A stretch of DNA of 63,170 bases, filler included, from Chiloscyllium plagiosum (Eukaryota): assembly GCF_004010195.1 (NCBI RefSeq). It is 3 parts of one record of this genome, joined end to end, with 100 filler letters (N's around TTAATTAATTAA, not from the genome) between each part and the next. Parts side by side here need not be neighbours in the genome. Positions count along the whole stretch, not along the records: positions 24,136 to 54,051 come from NC_057713.1; 2 more parts are not named here. One strand, given 5' to 3'. Position 1 is the first letter of the stretch, and every line of letters begins with the position of its first letter. A program made the position numbers and the translations under genes. Below, in pieces: positions 37,641-51,509 of the stretch. The notes below the pieces were generated by a model, which did not search any database, was not told where the DNA came from, and worked only from the letters and a program-made list of their open reading frames with translations.

Positions 37641-40039
37641 CAATAGAGCAGAAAGCAGAGCCTAGAGTCTCAATGGAAGGCAACATACAGCTACCCATTT
37701 TTGTTAATCCTTCCCAAAGCTGAATTCTCCTCCTACTGTTTACGTTTTTGAAGGCACTGGAACTGGGTGCGACACAGAACAACCAGAGGTTACTACTCAC
37801 TGCAGAATGGTGAAACGTAAAGTTATTGGAGTCAGCATTATTCAAACTGGAAATGTTTGATGAACTTAGAAAAAACAAGGTGCCAAAATGTTATTACTAG
37901 TTTCAGTTAATATTTACTTTGAAATAAGTCTTCATACACTTCCTTTTGACACCAACCACGAGAAAGGATTTCATGCATGTTGTGATTATAACTCTGTCTA
38001 TTCGTTGGTATGGGGAACTTTTGCTTCATTTGTTAGGTGGTTTAAAAGTAAATATTGTTTCATTTTTGTAGCATAACATTTCATCTTTATGATGTTGACT
38101 GCCAGCCAGTTAATACAGCTGTAAAAGATTACCAAAATAAACCAGCTTACACAGCTAAAGGGACACACCACCTCTAAGCTATCCAAAAGAATTAAAGGCA
38201 TAATGTCACCTGAAAAACAAGTAGCATTATCCTCTTTTCTTTTTAAACTTATAAGATTTGTAGGATGGCAGCTTGTAGAAATATTCCCATTTATTCAGTG
38301 GATATGACATGATATTGCTGATGGTAAGTAATGGGATGCACTATTTTATAATGAAATTATTATGTAATGTACAACCACGGGGAGTTTCCACCAGATTCTC
38401 CCTTGCGGCTGGCCTATCTCCAACAGAAACGTCAATTATGTGTTTATCCACCAATCCTCTGCCACAGTCTGCCCAAGCAACTGAGAGAATTCCTGAGGGA
38501 ATTTTCCTCAACATATGTTTGCATAGTTGTTCGTCTAATGCATTGCTTGTACAGAAAAAAACAATTCTCATTGTGTAACTAACCATATATTTCTAGCCCA
38601 TTATATCATTCTTCTTATATCATTGGCCTCAAATTATCTTGTGTCATGATCCAAGTGGTTGTGTTGGGATCACGCCAATGGTGCAATCCAGTAACAAAGT
38701 TACAGGTTCAGTGGAAGGGTATGTCCTTGGTATGGCACAAGGAAGTGGAAACAAACTTTGGGGTGCACAGAATTCTGGTCATGATTATCCCATGTTAACT
38801 GTTATGATGTCTAGATCAAAGAGTGAGAAAGTTCAGCAGAAGAATATTCCACTTATCCCTTATTATTCAAGTCGAGGCATGGGTAAAATGATTACAGCGT
38901 TAAACTGATAGCAAATCCAATGTGCCATCACAAAAAGTTAAAAGTGATTTTCACTCTGGAGAAATCCTTGCACTTCCCCTTCAATCTTTATTGATCTACC
39001 TCACTGTGAGTTGTCACTCACCCTTTGCACCTTTGTTAAATTAACTAACTACCTCCTCAATGATTGTCGTACCTATTGTAGATTGGGTAATGAGGAAAAG
39101 CTTGATTTGCTCTGTTGTAAAACCTCCTCATTTTAGGTAGAACTTACAGGAAAAGGAAGAGAAAAAATGCTTTTAATTTAAGGAGGGATCGCAACACATT
39201 TTATATATCAAATAAATGCCAAGTGAGTATCCAGTGCAGATTAGTGGTTGCTGCATGCTTTTATCCTGAGGTAGTTTCAGCCTTCATAGTCATTAATTGC
39301 CACCTTTGTTTTTACATTCCAGGTGTAGTTCTTTAAACAGAGGGTTCAGCGCATGAAATCCTGCTGCCCTCTATCCTCCTTCATTCCCCATCAGGCAACT
39401 CCCTCTCACTTGACCAATTTCAATTGGTAAAATGTACTCTATCAAAGAAAAAAGATGCAGGGTATGCTAAGGTACAGATTTCAGTCAGTAATTGCTGTTT
39501 TCCTAAAACTATCAGATTTTAGACTTAATGCTGACGAATTTTATTAAATTAGATTAACTTAAAACAACACATTCATTTAAATATGATATAGATGTATTGC
39601 AGGTGGCCATCATTTCTTGAATTATATAAACTGGATTGGCTAATTTGCTGATGGTGTGTTAGCAATGAACAGAATATGCATTGTGCAAAGTCTAATGTAC
39701 ATCCTTTAGATTCCAGCACTGTAAGTTCAGTAAATGAGACAAGGAGACAGTACAAACATAAAGTCTGTTCTCTTGCTCAAAGTATGTAGTACAGCCAACC
39801 AATTTGTAAGTCAAACTCCCAAAGTCAAGAGCAAATGCAATAGAGTTTGCGAATTAATATTTCTATGAATTAATCTTCCTTTTCCTTCTAAAGATAAGCA
39901 TTTTAATTTAGTGGTAATTTATTAACAGTGATTGCAATTTAGAGGAAGCCAAAGTTTCAGTTTAAAAGATAATTGGTAGGTGCTGAGGTTTTTTTTTGTG
40001 GGTTTTTACATCATTTCATCACTTGAGCATTGTCGTCTG

Positions 40040-41990
40040 TTTTGTTCATTCTTGGGAATTGGGTATCAGTGACTGGGCCAGCATTTCTTGCCCATCCTGG
40101 GTTGCCTTTGAGACTGCTCGGTCCCTTTGTTGTAGCTGCATGTGCAATAATGTTAGTGAAGGCCACCCAGAATTTTGACCCAGAAACAATAATCGAACAG
40201 CGACATGTTTCTGAGTCAGAATGGTAAGTGGCTTGGAGAGGAGCTTGCACATGGCTCTGTTTCCATGCATCTGCTGCCATTTTCCTTCTAGATATTAGTG
40301 GTTCATGTGTTGGCAAGATGATATCGAAGGAAGAGAGTGGTGGGTGTGTGGAATGCACTGCCAGTGGTAGCCGTAGAGTCAGAGACATTTGGGACATTGA
40401 AGGGACTGCTGGACAAGCACATGGACGGCAGTAAATTGAGGGGTGTGTAGGTTAGGTTGATCTTAGGTTAAGATAAATGCTCGGCATAACATTGTGGGCC
40501 GAAGGGCCTGTACTGGGCTGTACTGTTCTATGTTCTATGAATCATGCTGAATTTCTGCTTTGCATTCTGTCGATGTTACAGAGTGCTGCTACTGAGTGTT
40601 GGTGGTAAAGGGAATGAATGTTTGTGGAGATGATGACAATCAAATGGGCTGCTTTGTCCTGGATGGTAATGAGCTGCTTGAGTGCTGTTGGAGATGCACT
40701 TTCATCTCACCTCTGAAATTCAACTCTTTTGTCCATATTTGAACCAAGGCTATCAACGGGCCAAGAGCCAAGAGCCAAACTGATCATGAGTGAGCAAATT
40801 ATTGTTAAGCAACTGTTGTTTAAGAGGACCATTGATGACTACTCCCACCACTTTATTGCTGTTTGAAAAATGACTGATGGACGGTAATTAGCTGGGTTGG
40901 ATTTATTCCACTATAGAGTCATACACCATGTCTATAACAATCAACAGACACCAAGTTACATGAAATCCATTCACTTGCACTTGGTCCAAAGCATATTATT
41001 TGTCCTGCTTTTTTTGTGGATGAATATATGTGGACATACCTATGTCATTCAGCTGATAGTTCTGGCTGAACTTGAATGCAAATGTTCTAGCCTCACTTTT
41101 GCACAATTGTGCCCCTGCCATGCCCTCCTGCACTCTTCCTTGAAGAAGAATTGGATTCACACCACAATTTGATGTTTGCAATGGAGAATGAGGTTCCAGA
41201 CCATGAGCAGATTGAATATAGTTTTACCACTCTTGGTAGACAACAATGCTTCATAGATGCCCAGTTTTGTTTCTTTGATTCATCTGGAGTCTGTCCCACT
41301 CAGTATAATGTATAATGGTGGTGCCCTACAACATGATGGATGGGATCCTTAATGTGGAGATGGTCTTGGTCACTACATTAGCTGTGTGGTAGTCACTCTT
41401 ATCATGCTATCATGGATAGATGACCCAGTGACTGGTAAATTGGTGAGGATGTGATCAGGGACATTTTTCCCTCTTATTTGTTCCCTCACTATTTTCCACA
41501 GACCCAGCCTAGCAATGATATCCTTTAGGACTCAGCTAACTTTGTCAGTACTTGTGCTATTGTAACTTTCTTAGTTCTCCACCCTGATGTCCCCCACCTA
41601 GAGTACTATGTGCCTTTACCACCCTCAGTGCTTCCTCTAAATGCTGTTCAATATGGAGGCACCAGCTGAGTGGTGGGTCAGTAAGGTGGGCATTGGCAGG
41701 AGGTTATGTTGCCAGGCTTTGATCTGATGCCATGAGCCTTCACAAGGTCTGGAGAAGCATTGAGGACTCTCTAGGCAGCTCGTTCCCAACTATATAAGCA
41801 CTGTGTCCCCACCTTAGGTGTGTTTGCTCTTTCAGTGGGATAGAACATATTCAGGGACAATGATCATGGTGCCTGAGACATAATAAAGTATGATCCCATG
41901 AAGATGATTATGTCAAGCTGTTTGCTTGAACTGTTTATGAGATATTTCTCCCAACGTTGACTCCAGTCTCCAGACGTTAGCCCAAGAGAT
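40040..41990 (-). mobile_element. Long, old CR1/L2-clade LINE relic with a nested CR1 3' end (+, ~40385-40540)
   Basis: Same tail and body as 20270-20730; the nested piece ends GTACTGTTCTATGTTCTATG. Confidence 0.55.
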
Positions 41991-42659
41991 ACTGCAGGGC
42001 CAATGGGGCTGAGTTTGACATTGTAATTGCCAATATCTAGTCAATGTCAGATGGTCTGTCCATTCAGTTTAATATTTTGTAGCAGATTTGATGGAATTAT
42101 GTGGTTAGCTGGACCATTTCAGGGGGTAGTTAATAGTCAGAACAATTCTGTGGACCTGTTGTCACATGCAAATCAGACCAGGAATGTGATGTAAATGTTA
42201 TTAACATACCAGGTGGGTTTTTGCAATAATCAACAACTGTTATATGGTCACCATTAGACTAGTTTATTTTATTAAAATCAAATGTTACTATCTACCATGA
42301 AGATACCTAAACCCACGTTCCCTGAGTATTAACCTGAAGCTCTGGATTACTAGTCCAGTAACATTATCACAACACCACAGTTTCCTCCTTCAGCACAGGC
42401 CGGTTTTAGACTACATAGTGCCCTTTTCACTTTCACACAGAAGGTGAAACACAAGTGTGTACCCCTTGGAGCCTGTGACCACTGGTGAAAGGATGGTGTC
42501 AGCAAATGTAGCTTATCTTTAGCTGCAAAGTATCATTAAATACGTTAAAGGATTACCTCAGTAGGAGTATGGCCCTGATACACCAGTGAGAAATTTAAAT
42601 CCAGGATAGAGGGAATGGAGTAGGCAGTGTCTGCTCCTATGCCGGGGCTTGTACTCTTC

Positions 42660-42850
42660 ATAAGACCATAAGATATAGGAGCAAAAACTAGGCCATTCAG
42701 CCCATTGAGACTGCTCTGCCATTCAATCATGGCTGATAGGTTTCTCAATCCCATTTTCCTGCTTTCTCCCCATAACCCTTGATCCCCTTGACAATCAAGA
42801 ACAGATCTATCTCCATCGTAAATGTACTCAATCACCTGGCCTCCGCTGTT
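42660..42850 (-). mobile_element. CR1 3' end
   Basis: CATAAGACCATAAGA tail; TAGGCCATTCAGCCC...CATTCAATCATGGCTGAT. Confidence 0.75.
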
Positions 42851-43048
42851 TCTTTCCTTTACTCTATTCCCTTCATCTTTTCTCAATTTTTTTTTAGTTT
42901 TGGCTTAAACTTCTAAAGAGAGGTCTTTGGTAGGTAGGTGGTTTTGATGGGCTCTGGAGTGATGGCATCTTCAGAGGCAGTGTGGCTACAGAGCCGGCTG
43001 GCCTATGAAACCCACAGTGGGACTCTGGGATGGAGAAATGGCGCAGGC

Positions 43049-44346
43049 TTGTGACACCTCCCTCCCCTTCCTGGACCTCTCCATCTCCATCAATGATGAC
43101 CAACTCAACAGTGACATTTTTTACAAACCCACCAACTCCCACAGGTACCTGGATTACACCTCTTCCCACCCTACCTCCTGCAAAAATGCTATCCTGTATT
43201 CCCAAATTCCTCCGCCTCCGTCGTATCTGCTCCCAGGAGGACCGGTTCCACCATAGAATGCACCAGATGGCCTGGTTCTTTAAAGACCATAATATCCTCT
43301 CCCACATGGTTGAAGATGCCCTCTAACGCATCTCATCCACATCCCGCACCTCCGCCCTCAAATCCCACCCCTCCAACCGCAATATGGACAGAGCACCCTG
43401 GTCCTCACCTTTCACCCTACCATCTTCTGCATAAACCATATCATCCACCAACATTTCTGCCACCTACAAATGGGCACTACCACCAGGGATATATTTCCCT
43501 CTCCACCCTTATCCACTTTCCACAAAGATCGTTCCCTCTGTGATTACCTCGTCAGGTCCATGGCCCCCCAACCCACCCTCCCATCATGGCACCTTCCCTT
43601 GCCACCGCAGGAATTGCAAAACCTGCGCCCACACCTCCTCCCTCACCTCCATCCAAGGCCACAAAGGAGCCTTCCACATCCATCAAAGTTTTACCTGCAC
43701 ATCCATCAATGTCATTTATTGTATCCGTTGCTCCCGATGCGGTCTCCTCTACATTGGGGAGACTGGACGCCTTCTTGCAAAGCACTTTAGAGAACATCTC
43801 CGGGACACCCGCACCAATCAACCCCACCGCCCTGTGGCTGAACATTTCAACTCCCCTTCCCACTCTGTTAAGGGCATGCAGGTCCTGGGCCTCCTCCATC
43901 GCCACTCCCTCCCCACCAACGCCTGGAGGAAGAATGCCTCATCTTCTGCCTTAGAACTCTTCAACCCCATGGCATCAATTTGGACTTCACCAGTTTCCTC
44001 GTTTCTCCTCCCCCCACCTTACCCCAGTTTCAAGCTCAGCACCATCCTCATGACCTGTCCGACCTGCCAAGTTTCCTTTCCACTTATCCGCTCCACCATC
44101 CTCTCCGACTTATCACCTCCATTTCCACCTCCATCCACCTATTGTACTCTTAGCTATCTTCTCTGCAGCCCCACCCCACTCCCATTTATCTCTCCAACGG
44201 GGGGGTCCCAGCCTCATTCCTGATGAAGGGCTTCTGCCCGAAACGTTGATTTTCCTGCTCCTCGGATTCTGCCTGACCTGCTGTGCTTTTCCAGCGCCAC
44301 TCTACCCTTGTATCTGATCTCCAGCATCTGCAGTCCTCAGTTTCGC
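43049..44346 (+). mobile_element. 5'-truncated Penelope-like retroelement (RT C-terminus, GIY-YIG endonuclease, pLTR), frameshifted
   Basis: LPFLDLSI..IFYKPTNSHRYLDYTSSHP..KNAILYSQ/FLRLRRICS (RT thumb); GTFPCHRRNCKTC..NVIYCIRCSRCGLLYIGETGR..FREH..PVAEHFN (GIY-YIG). 3' pLTR carries CTGATGA (44220-44226)-A-GGGC-TTCT-GCCC-GAAAC-GTT. Confidence 0.93.
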
Positions 44347-46384
44347 TGCAGGCGAGTGAAACCTACAGCAGGACTCTGTGATGGCAGCATGGTACAGGCT
44401 GGTGAAATCGAGAGGGGTACTGTAGAGGTGGAGGAGGAAAAGTTGGATTCTATTTAAGGTTATCTTTCTTTAACATGAAATAAAATTTTAAAAAAATAAG
44501 AATGGCGCTGATTCATGGCGACAGTATAAATTTTTCACTGTATGTTAAAATTAAATATACAGGACCATGAACGATTCAATTCAATTCACGAAATGTCCTC
44601 TCTAGATGTAGAGTGAGTGAGGTGTACTCATTTTTTCCAATTTTGTTTTTCTCTCTTCTGCAATTTACATTTCGACTAAATTCCTCACCCATAACTGATG
44701 TCTCAAAGTATTTTGAAGAGAAACAGAGAACCTGACAAACACTGTATAACATCCAGCCATAAAGGGCCTGATCTGTCATTATCTGCCAGTTGCCTCCACA
44801 ACACTGAAAAAAGTTTAAATGTAATATCAGCATATTAGACTTTCATTCTCAGAAATTTAATGTTGGATGGCCTTAAATTCACGTTGGGCTGTTCTGAGAG
44901 ACCTTCAAAGGATCAACTTCAAAGAACACGCATAGCCTGATTGCATTCTACTGATAATAAGCGTTGTAATTTTCTAATCTTGTTTATAAAAGGCCGATCA
45001 TTGGCGTCTTTTCAACAGAAAAATTTGCTTCCATAGAATTATCAAACGTTTGGCATCGGTTGAAACTTGTTTGTGGTCAGTGGCTTGGTTCCCAATGCAG
45101 ACTGGTTCAGCAGACAATGGTTTCTATTACCGCTGCTTGGAAGACATCCACACAGAAGTTGTGTAATAATACGTAGAAACCATTTTCCCTTCTGTGCAAG
45201 GATAAGCATACTGACCCTGTCAGCAGGTTATACACCAACAAAGCAAAAATGTTAACAGCATGACTCCCAAAGCCTCCTCTTTTTAAACATGAGTAAGATG
45301 AAGAAATAACAGTACTTGTGATAGAAAACATTTCCGTAAGATGGCAGGAGATCTGACATTGGCTCTGATGTTTGTTTTGTATTTCCAAGAAAGGGATCAT
45401 GACTTGAGGTCAACGAAACCACCTATGTGTGCCGATTATTCGAAGATATGTCCTTTTGAATTATTTTGTTCTGCAAATACAGTAAGTGATACTTATGGTG
45501 TCAGTTCATTATAGGGCTTCAGAATCACCCAATACAGAAGGAGGCTGTACCACCCATCATGCGTGTACCAGCTCTATGAAAGAGCTAACAATTAGCCACA
45601 TCCTTGCGTTTTCTGCAAGGTCCTGCACATTTTTGCTGTTCAAGAACGTATCCAATTCCTTTCAAAGCTCTTATCGAATCTGCTGCCAACATTCTTTTCA
45701 GCTGTGCACTTCAAATGATAATTATTTGCAGTGCAAAAGTCTCATTCTCTAAATCTGCGACATCTGGTTATTGACCTTTCTGCCACTAGAGATAGCTGCT
45801 ACTAATCAAAACTTTTCATGATCATGAATTTCTGTAGTGTATATTGCCTTCAACGTCTCTGTTGAAAGGTGAAAGACTTCAGTTTCTCAAATCTCTCCAC
45901 GCAAACTGTTATCTCTGCTACCATTCCAGTCAATCTTTCTTATCATTCATTCCAGGGATGTGAGTGTTGCGAGCATAATTCATGGCCCATCCTCATTGTT
46001 CATGAGCAAGTATTGGTGAGTTGCTTTTTGAATTACTGGAGCCCCTGTTGTATAAAACACACACTCACAGTTCAGTTCAGGGTGGAGCATCGGGATTGAG
46101 AATCAGTCAGATTGAAGCAATGGTGACATAGTCCCAAGTAAGGATGGTGTTTGGATTGGAGAAGAATTTGGAGTGGTACTGTTTCCATGCATCTACTGTC
46201 CTGGTCATTGCAGATTTGGAAGGTGCTGTTGAAAAAAACCTTCACAACTTGCCGTAGTGCATCTCGTTTATGATACATGTTGCAGCTGCATTGGGGAAGG
46301 ATTCGGTGCTCAGTGATGATGTGCAGCTTGGAGTTGCAGGTACATATTTCATCTAACTCCTGACTTGTGCCTTGTAGATCAAGT

Positions 46385-47580
46385 TATGGAGTCATACAGC
46401 AAAGAAATAAGCCCTCCGGTCCAACTTTTCCACACCAACCAAAATTAATCTAGCCCCATTTGCCAGCACTTGGCCCATATTACTCTAAACGCTTCCCATT
46501 CCTGTACACATCCAGATGGCTTTTAAATGCTGTAATTGTACCACCTTCCACCACTTCCTCTGACAGCACAATCCATACACACACCACCCTCTGTGTGAAA
46601 ACGTTGCCCCTAAGGTCCCTTTTAAATCTTTCCCCTCTAGTTTTGGACTCCCCTACCCTGGGAAAAAGACCTTGGCTATTTCCCCAATCCATGAACAAAG
46701 AGACCTTGGAGTGCAGGTTCATAGCTCCTTGAAAGTAGAGTAGCAGTAGATAGGATAGTGAAGAAGGCATTTGGTATGCTTTCCTTTATTGGTCAGAGTA
46801 TTGAGTACAGGAGTTGGGAGGTCATGTTGCAGCTGTACAGGACATTAGTTAGGCCACTTTTGAAATACTATCGGAAGGATGTTGTGAAACTTGAAAGGGT
46901 TCAGAAAAGATTTACAAGGATGTTGCTAGGGTTGGGGGATTTGAGCTATAGGGAGAGCTGAACAGGCTACAGCTGTTTTCCCTGGAGCATCGGACACTGA
47001 GGGGTGACCTTATAGAGGTTTATAAAATCATCAGGGTCATGGATAGGATAAATAGACAAAGTCCTTTCCCTGGGGTGGGGGAGTCCAGAACTAGAGAGCA
47101 TAGGTTTAGGATGAGAGGGGAAAGATATAAAAGAGACTTAAGGGGCAACTTTTTCATGCAGAGGGTGGTATGTGTATGGAATGAGCTGCCAGAGGAAGTG
47201 GTGGAGGATAGTACAATTGCAATATTTAAAAGGCATCTGGATGGGTATATGAATAGGAAGGGTTTGGAGGGAAATGGACCGGGTGCTGGCAGGTGTGACT
47301 AGATTGGATTGGGATATCTGGTCAGCATGGACGAGTTGGACTGAAGGGTCTGTTTCCGTGCTGTGCACCTCTATGACTCTATGACCCTCATGATTTTATG
47401 AACTTCTATATGGTCATCCTTCAGTCTCCAATGCTCCAGCCTATAGCTCAAACTCTCCAATCCTGTCAATATGCTTATAAATCTTTTTGAACCCTTTCAA
47501 GTTTAATAACATCTTTCCTATAGCAGGGAGATCAGAATTGAACTCTGTATTCCAAAAGTGGCCTAAGCAATGGCCTGCAC
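46385..47580 (-). mobile_element. CR1 3' fragment split by an oppositely oriented CR1
   Basis: Minus-strand CR1 46385-46692 resumes at ~47385-47580. Confidence 0.8.
46693..47384 (+). mobile_element. CR1 LINE 3' fragment (nested)
   Basis: ORFs 46758..46961 and 47039..47302 (LYRTLVRPLL, WNELPEEVVE); CTCTATGACTCTATGA tail. Confidence 0.9.
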
Positions 47581-47925
47581 AAGTAAAAGGGTTACAAACA
47601 GTCAGGAGGTGAGTTACTCACTGCAGAATTCCCAGACGCTGAGATTTTTGTAGCTCTTGTATTCATGTAGTTCCTCCAGTTCAGTTTCTAGTAAACAGTA
47701 ACCCCAAGGATGTTAGTAGTGGAGGATTCAGCAATCGTTAACACTATTATATGTCAAAGAGGGATGGTTAGAGATGGTCGTTGCTTGGTACTTAGGAGGT
47801 GAAAATGTTCCTTGCCACTTATCAGACCAAGACTGGATTTTACTCAGGTCTTGCTAGATGTCGGCGGCAACTGTTTCTGTTTATGAGGGGCTGTGGATAG
47901 TACTGAATACTGTACATTTATCAGT

Positions 47926-50900
47926 GAACATAGAAACATAGAACATAGAACATAACAGCGCAGTACAGGCCCTTCGGGCCTTGATGTTGTGTTGACCTTT
48001 TATCCTTTCCTAAGATCAAACTAACTGACATTTTACTATCATCCATGAGCCTATCCAAGAGTCGCTTAAATGTCGCTAATGTATCTGGCTCTACTACCAC
48101 TGCTGACAGTACATTCCACACACCCACCACTGTCTGTAAAGAACCTACCTCTGACATCTCCCCTAAACCTTCCTCCAACCGCCTTAAAATTATGCTGCCC
48201 TGTGGTAACCATTTCCGCCTTGGGAAAAAATCTCTAGCTATCCACTCTATCTATATGTCTCAACACCTTGTACACCTCTATTGAGTCACCTCTCACCCTT
48301 TTTAGTTACATTGAGAAAAGGCCTTGCTCCCTCAACCTTTCATCATAGACATACCCTCCGGTCCAGACAGCATCCTGGCAAATCTCTGGGCACCCTCTTG
48401 AAATCTTCCACATCCTTATAATGAGACGATCAGAACTGAACACAATATTTCAAGTGTGGTCTCTATAGAGCTGCAGCATAATCTTGCGGCTCTTTAACTC
48501 AATCCCCCTATTAATGAAAACCAACACACCATTCGCCTTCTTAACCATGCTATCAACTTGAGTGTCAACTTTGAGGGATCCATGGACATGGACATGGACC
48601 TCAAGATCCCTCTGTTCCTCAACACTGCCAAGAATCCTGCATTTAACCCTGTATTCAGCATTCAAATTCAACCTTCCAAAATGAATCACTTCACACTTTT
48701 CCAGGTTGAACTCCATCTGCCACTTCTCACCCAAAGCTCTGCATCCTGTCAATGTCCCAGTGCAACCTACAACAGCTTTCCACATTATCCACAGCTCCAC
48801 CAACCTTCATAGCAAACTTACTAACCCATCCTTCCACTTCCTCTTCCAAGTTATTTATAAACATTACAAAGAGCAGAGGTCCCAGAATGGATCCCTGTGG
48901 AATATCACTGGACACTGATGTCCAGGCCGAGTACTTTCCATCTCCCACCTTCTGTCTTCCATGTGCCAGCCAATTCTGTATCCAGGCAGCCAAAGTTCCC
49001 TGTATCCCATGCCTCCTTACTTTCTGAATGATCCTACCATGGGGAACCTTATCAAACGCCATGCTAAAACCCATGTAAATCATATCCACTGCTCAACCTT
49101 CATCAAAGTATTTAGTCATATCCTCAAAGAATTCAATAAGTTTTGTGAGGCATGACCTGCCCCTCACAAAGCCATGCTGACTATCTCTAATCAAACTATG
49201 TTTTTCCAAATAATCATAAATCCTGTGTCTTGGAAACCTCTCCAGTAAACTACCACTTCCCTTTCTTGAACAAGAGAATAACACTTGCCACCATCCAATC
49301 ATGTGGTGCTACTCCAATGCATAGTGAGGGTGCAATGATCATTGCCAAAGATGCAGCAATCTCTTCCCTCGCTTCTTATATTAACCTAGTGTATATTCTG
49401 TCTGGCCCAGGGGACTTATCAAAATTTCCAGCACATCCTTCATCTTAGCATCAACCTGTTCAAGCGTATCAATCTGTTTCATGCTGTCCTAACAAACAAT
49501 CAGGTCTCTCTCACTAGTGAATACTGAAGCAAAGTAATCATTAAGGACCTCCCCTACCTCCTCCAACTCCAGGCAAAAGTTCCCTCCACTATCCCTGATC
49601 AGCCCTACTCTCACTCTGGCCATCCTCTTGCTTCTCACATAAGTGTAGAATGCCTTAGGGTTTTCCTTACTCCCACCTGCCAAGGCTTTTTCATATCCCC
49701 TTCCAGTTCTTCTAAGCCTATTCTTCAGTTCCCTCCTGGTTACCTTGTAACCCTCTAGAGCCATGTCTGTTCCTTGCTTCCTCAACCTTAAGTAAGCTTC
49801 CTTCTTCCTTTTGACTAGATGTTTTACATCTCTTGCCATCCAAGGTTCCTTCACCCTACCATCCCTTCCTTGCCTCAGTGGAACAAACCTATCCAGCACT
49901 CACAGTAAGTGCTCCCTAAACAACCTCCACATTTCTGTCACGCATTTCCCTGAGAATATCTATTCCCAATTTATGCTCCACAGCTCCTGCCTAATAGCAT
50001 TGTAATTTTACCCTCCCCAGTTAAATACTTTCCCATACCGTCTGCTCCTGTCTCTCTCCATAACATTAGTAAAGCTCAGGGAGTTGTGATCTCTATCACT
50101 GAAATGCTCTCCCACTGAGAGATCTGACACCTGAACATGGTTCATTGCCAAGCACCAAACCCAATATGGCCTCCCCTCTAGTCGCCCTATCTAAATATTG
50201 AGTCAGGAATCTTTCCTGGACACACCTGACAAAGTCTGCTCCATCCAAACTATTTGAACTAAGGAGGTTCCAATCAGTATTAACGAAGTTGAAATCACCC
50301 ATGGCAACAGCCCTGTTACTTCTGCACCTTATCAAAATCTGCCTCCCATTTTGCTGCTCTGTGCCTGTGCTGCTGTTGAGGGGTCTATAGAAAACTCCCA
50401 AAAAGGTGATTGCTCCTTTCCTATTTCTGACTTCCACCTATATTGACTCTGTAGACAAACTCTCCTCAACAACCTCCCTTTCCGTAGCTATGATACTTTC
50501 CCTGATTTGCGAAACCACCGCTTTTACCTTCCTCCCTATTCCTTATGAATCATCGAAACCCAAGAACATCCAGGAAGCATTCCTGCACCTGTGATATCCA
50601 AGTCTCCATAATGACCACAACGTCGTAGCTGCAAGTACTGATCCTTGATCTAGGTTCATCACCCTTACTCCTGACGCTTTTTGCATTAAAATTGACACAC
50701 TTCAACCCATCACACTGACTGCAACTTTGCCATATCAACTGTCTATCCTTCCTCACAGATTCTCTGCGTTCTGTATTTGCCTATTCACCAGCTACCCCAC
50801 CCTCTGAATCCAGAGCTCCAGTTCCCATCCTCCTGCCAAAATAGTCTAAACCCTCCCAAAGACCTCTAGCAAATCTCCCGCCCCAGGATATTGGTGCTGC

Positions 50901-50953
50901 CCCAGTTCTGATGCAACCCATCCTCCTTATACAGGTCCCACCTTCCCCAGAAG
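47926..50953 (-). mobile_element. Longest CR1 LINE copy: ORF1 end, APE endonuclease, RT and 3' tail; internally deleted and inactive
   Basis: ORF1 esterase end (GGRFARGLWEGL), ORF2 start GLKCVNFNAKS, MGDFNF, TRGEAILGLVL, AFDKVPH, IPQGSILGPLLF; (AGAACAT)n tail. Confidence 0.92.
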
Positions 50954-51195
50954 AATTTCTCCTCAGAACATTCTCACTTTTCAATTTATGATTGAGGGGA
51001 AGTGATTGGTGAACTCGATGAAAATGCATGGACCTAATGTACTCTACAGCAGATCGTCTGCTGGGAGTGAGATGATCAGTCTCCAAGGACCACAACTAGC
51101 TTCCTTTCCATTAGTTATGACTCCATCCAGTGAATAGAAAGACAGTTAAAACGTTTCTTGAAAATATAGAGCTAACAGGAGCTGTTCAATTGAAC

Positions 51196-51509
51196 TAGAA
51201 TCTCTACAGTCTGGAAACAGGCCCTTTGGCCCAACAAGTCCACACCGACCCTCCGAAGAGTAACCCACCCAGAACCATTCCCCTACCCTATATTTGCCAC
51301 TGACTGATGACTACACTATGAGCAATTTAGCACGGCCAATCCACCTAACCTGCACATCGTTGGATTGTGGGAGGAAACCAGAGCACCCAGAGGAAACCCA
51401 TACAGACACGGGGAGAATGTGCAATCTCCACACAGACAGTCGCCTGAGGCAGGAATCGAACCCAGGTTCCTGGTGCTGTGAGGCAGTAGTGCTAACAATT
51501 GAGCCACTG
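51196..51509 (-). mobile_element. HE1 / V-SINE-type SINE
   Basis: Same family as 31234-31558. Confidence 0.87.

Noticed and set aside
37720..37765. SYCLRF / FLKALEL stretch resembling TTPA exon 1 (FLLRFLRARDF)
   Set aside because: Needs a frameshift, lacks RARDF and has no suitable donor; probably chance.
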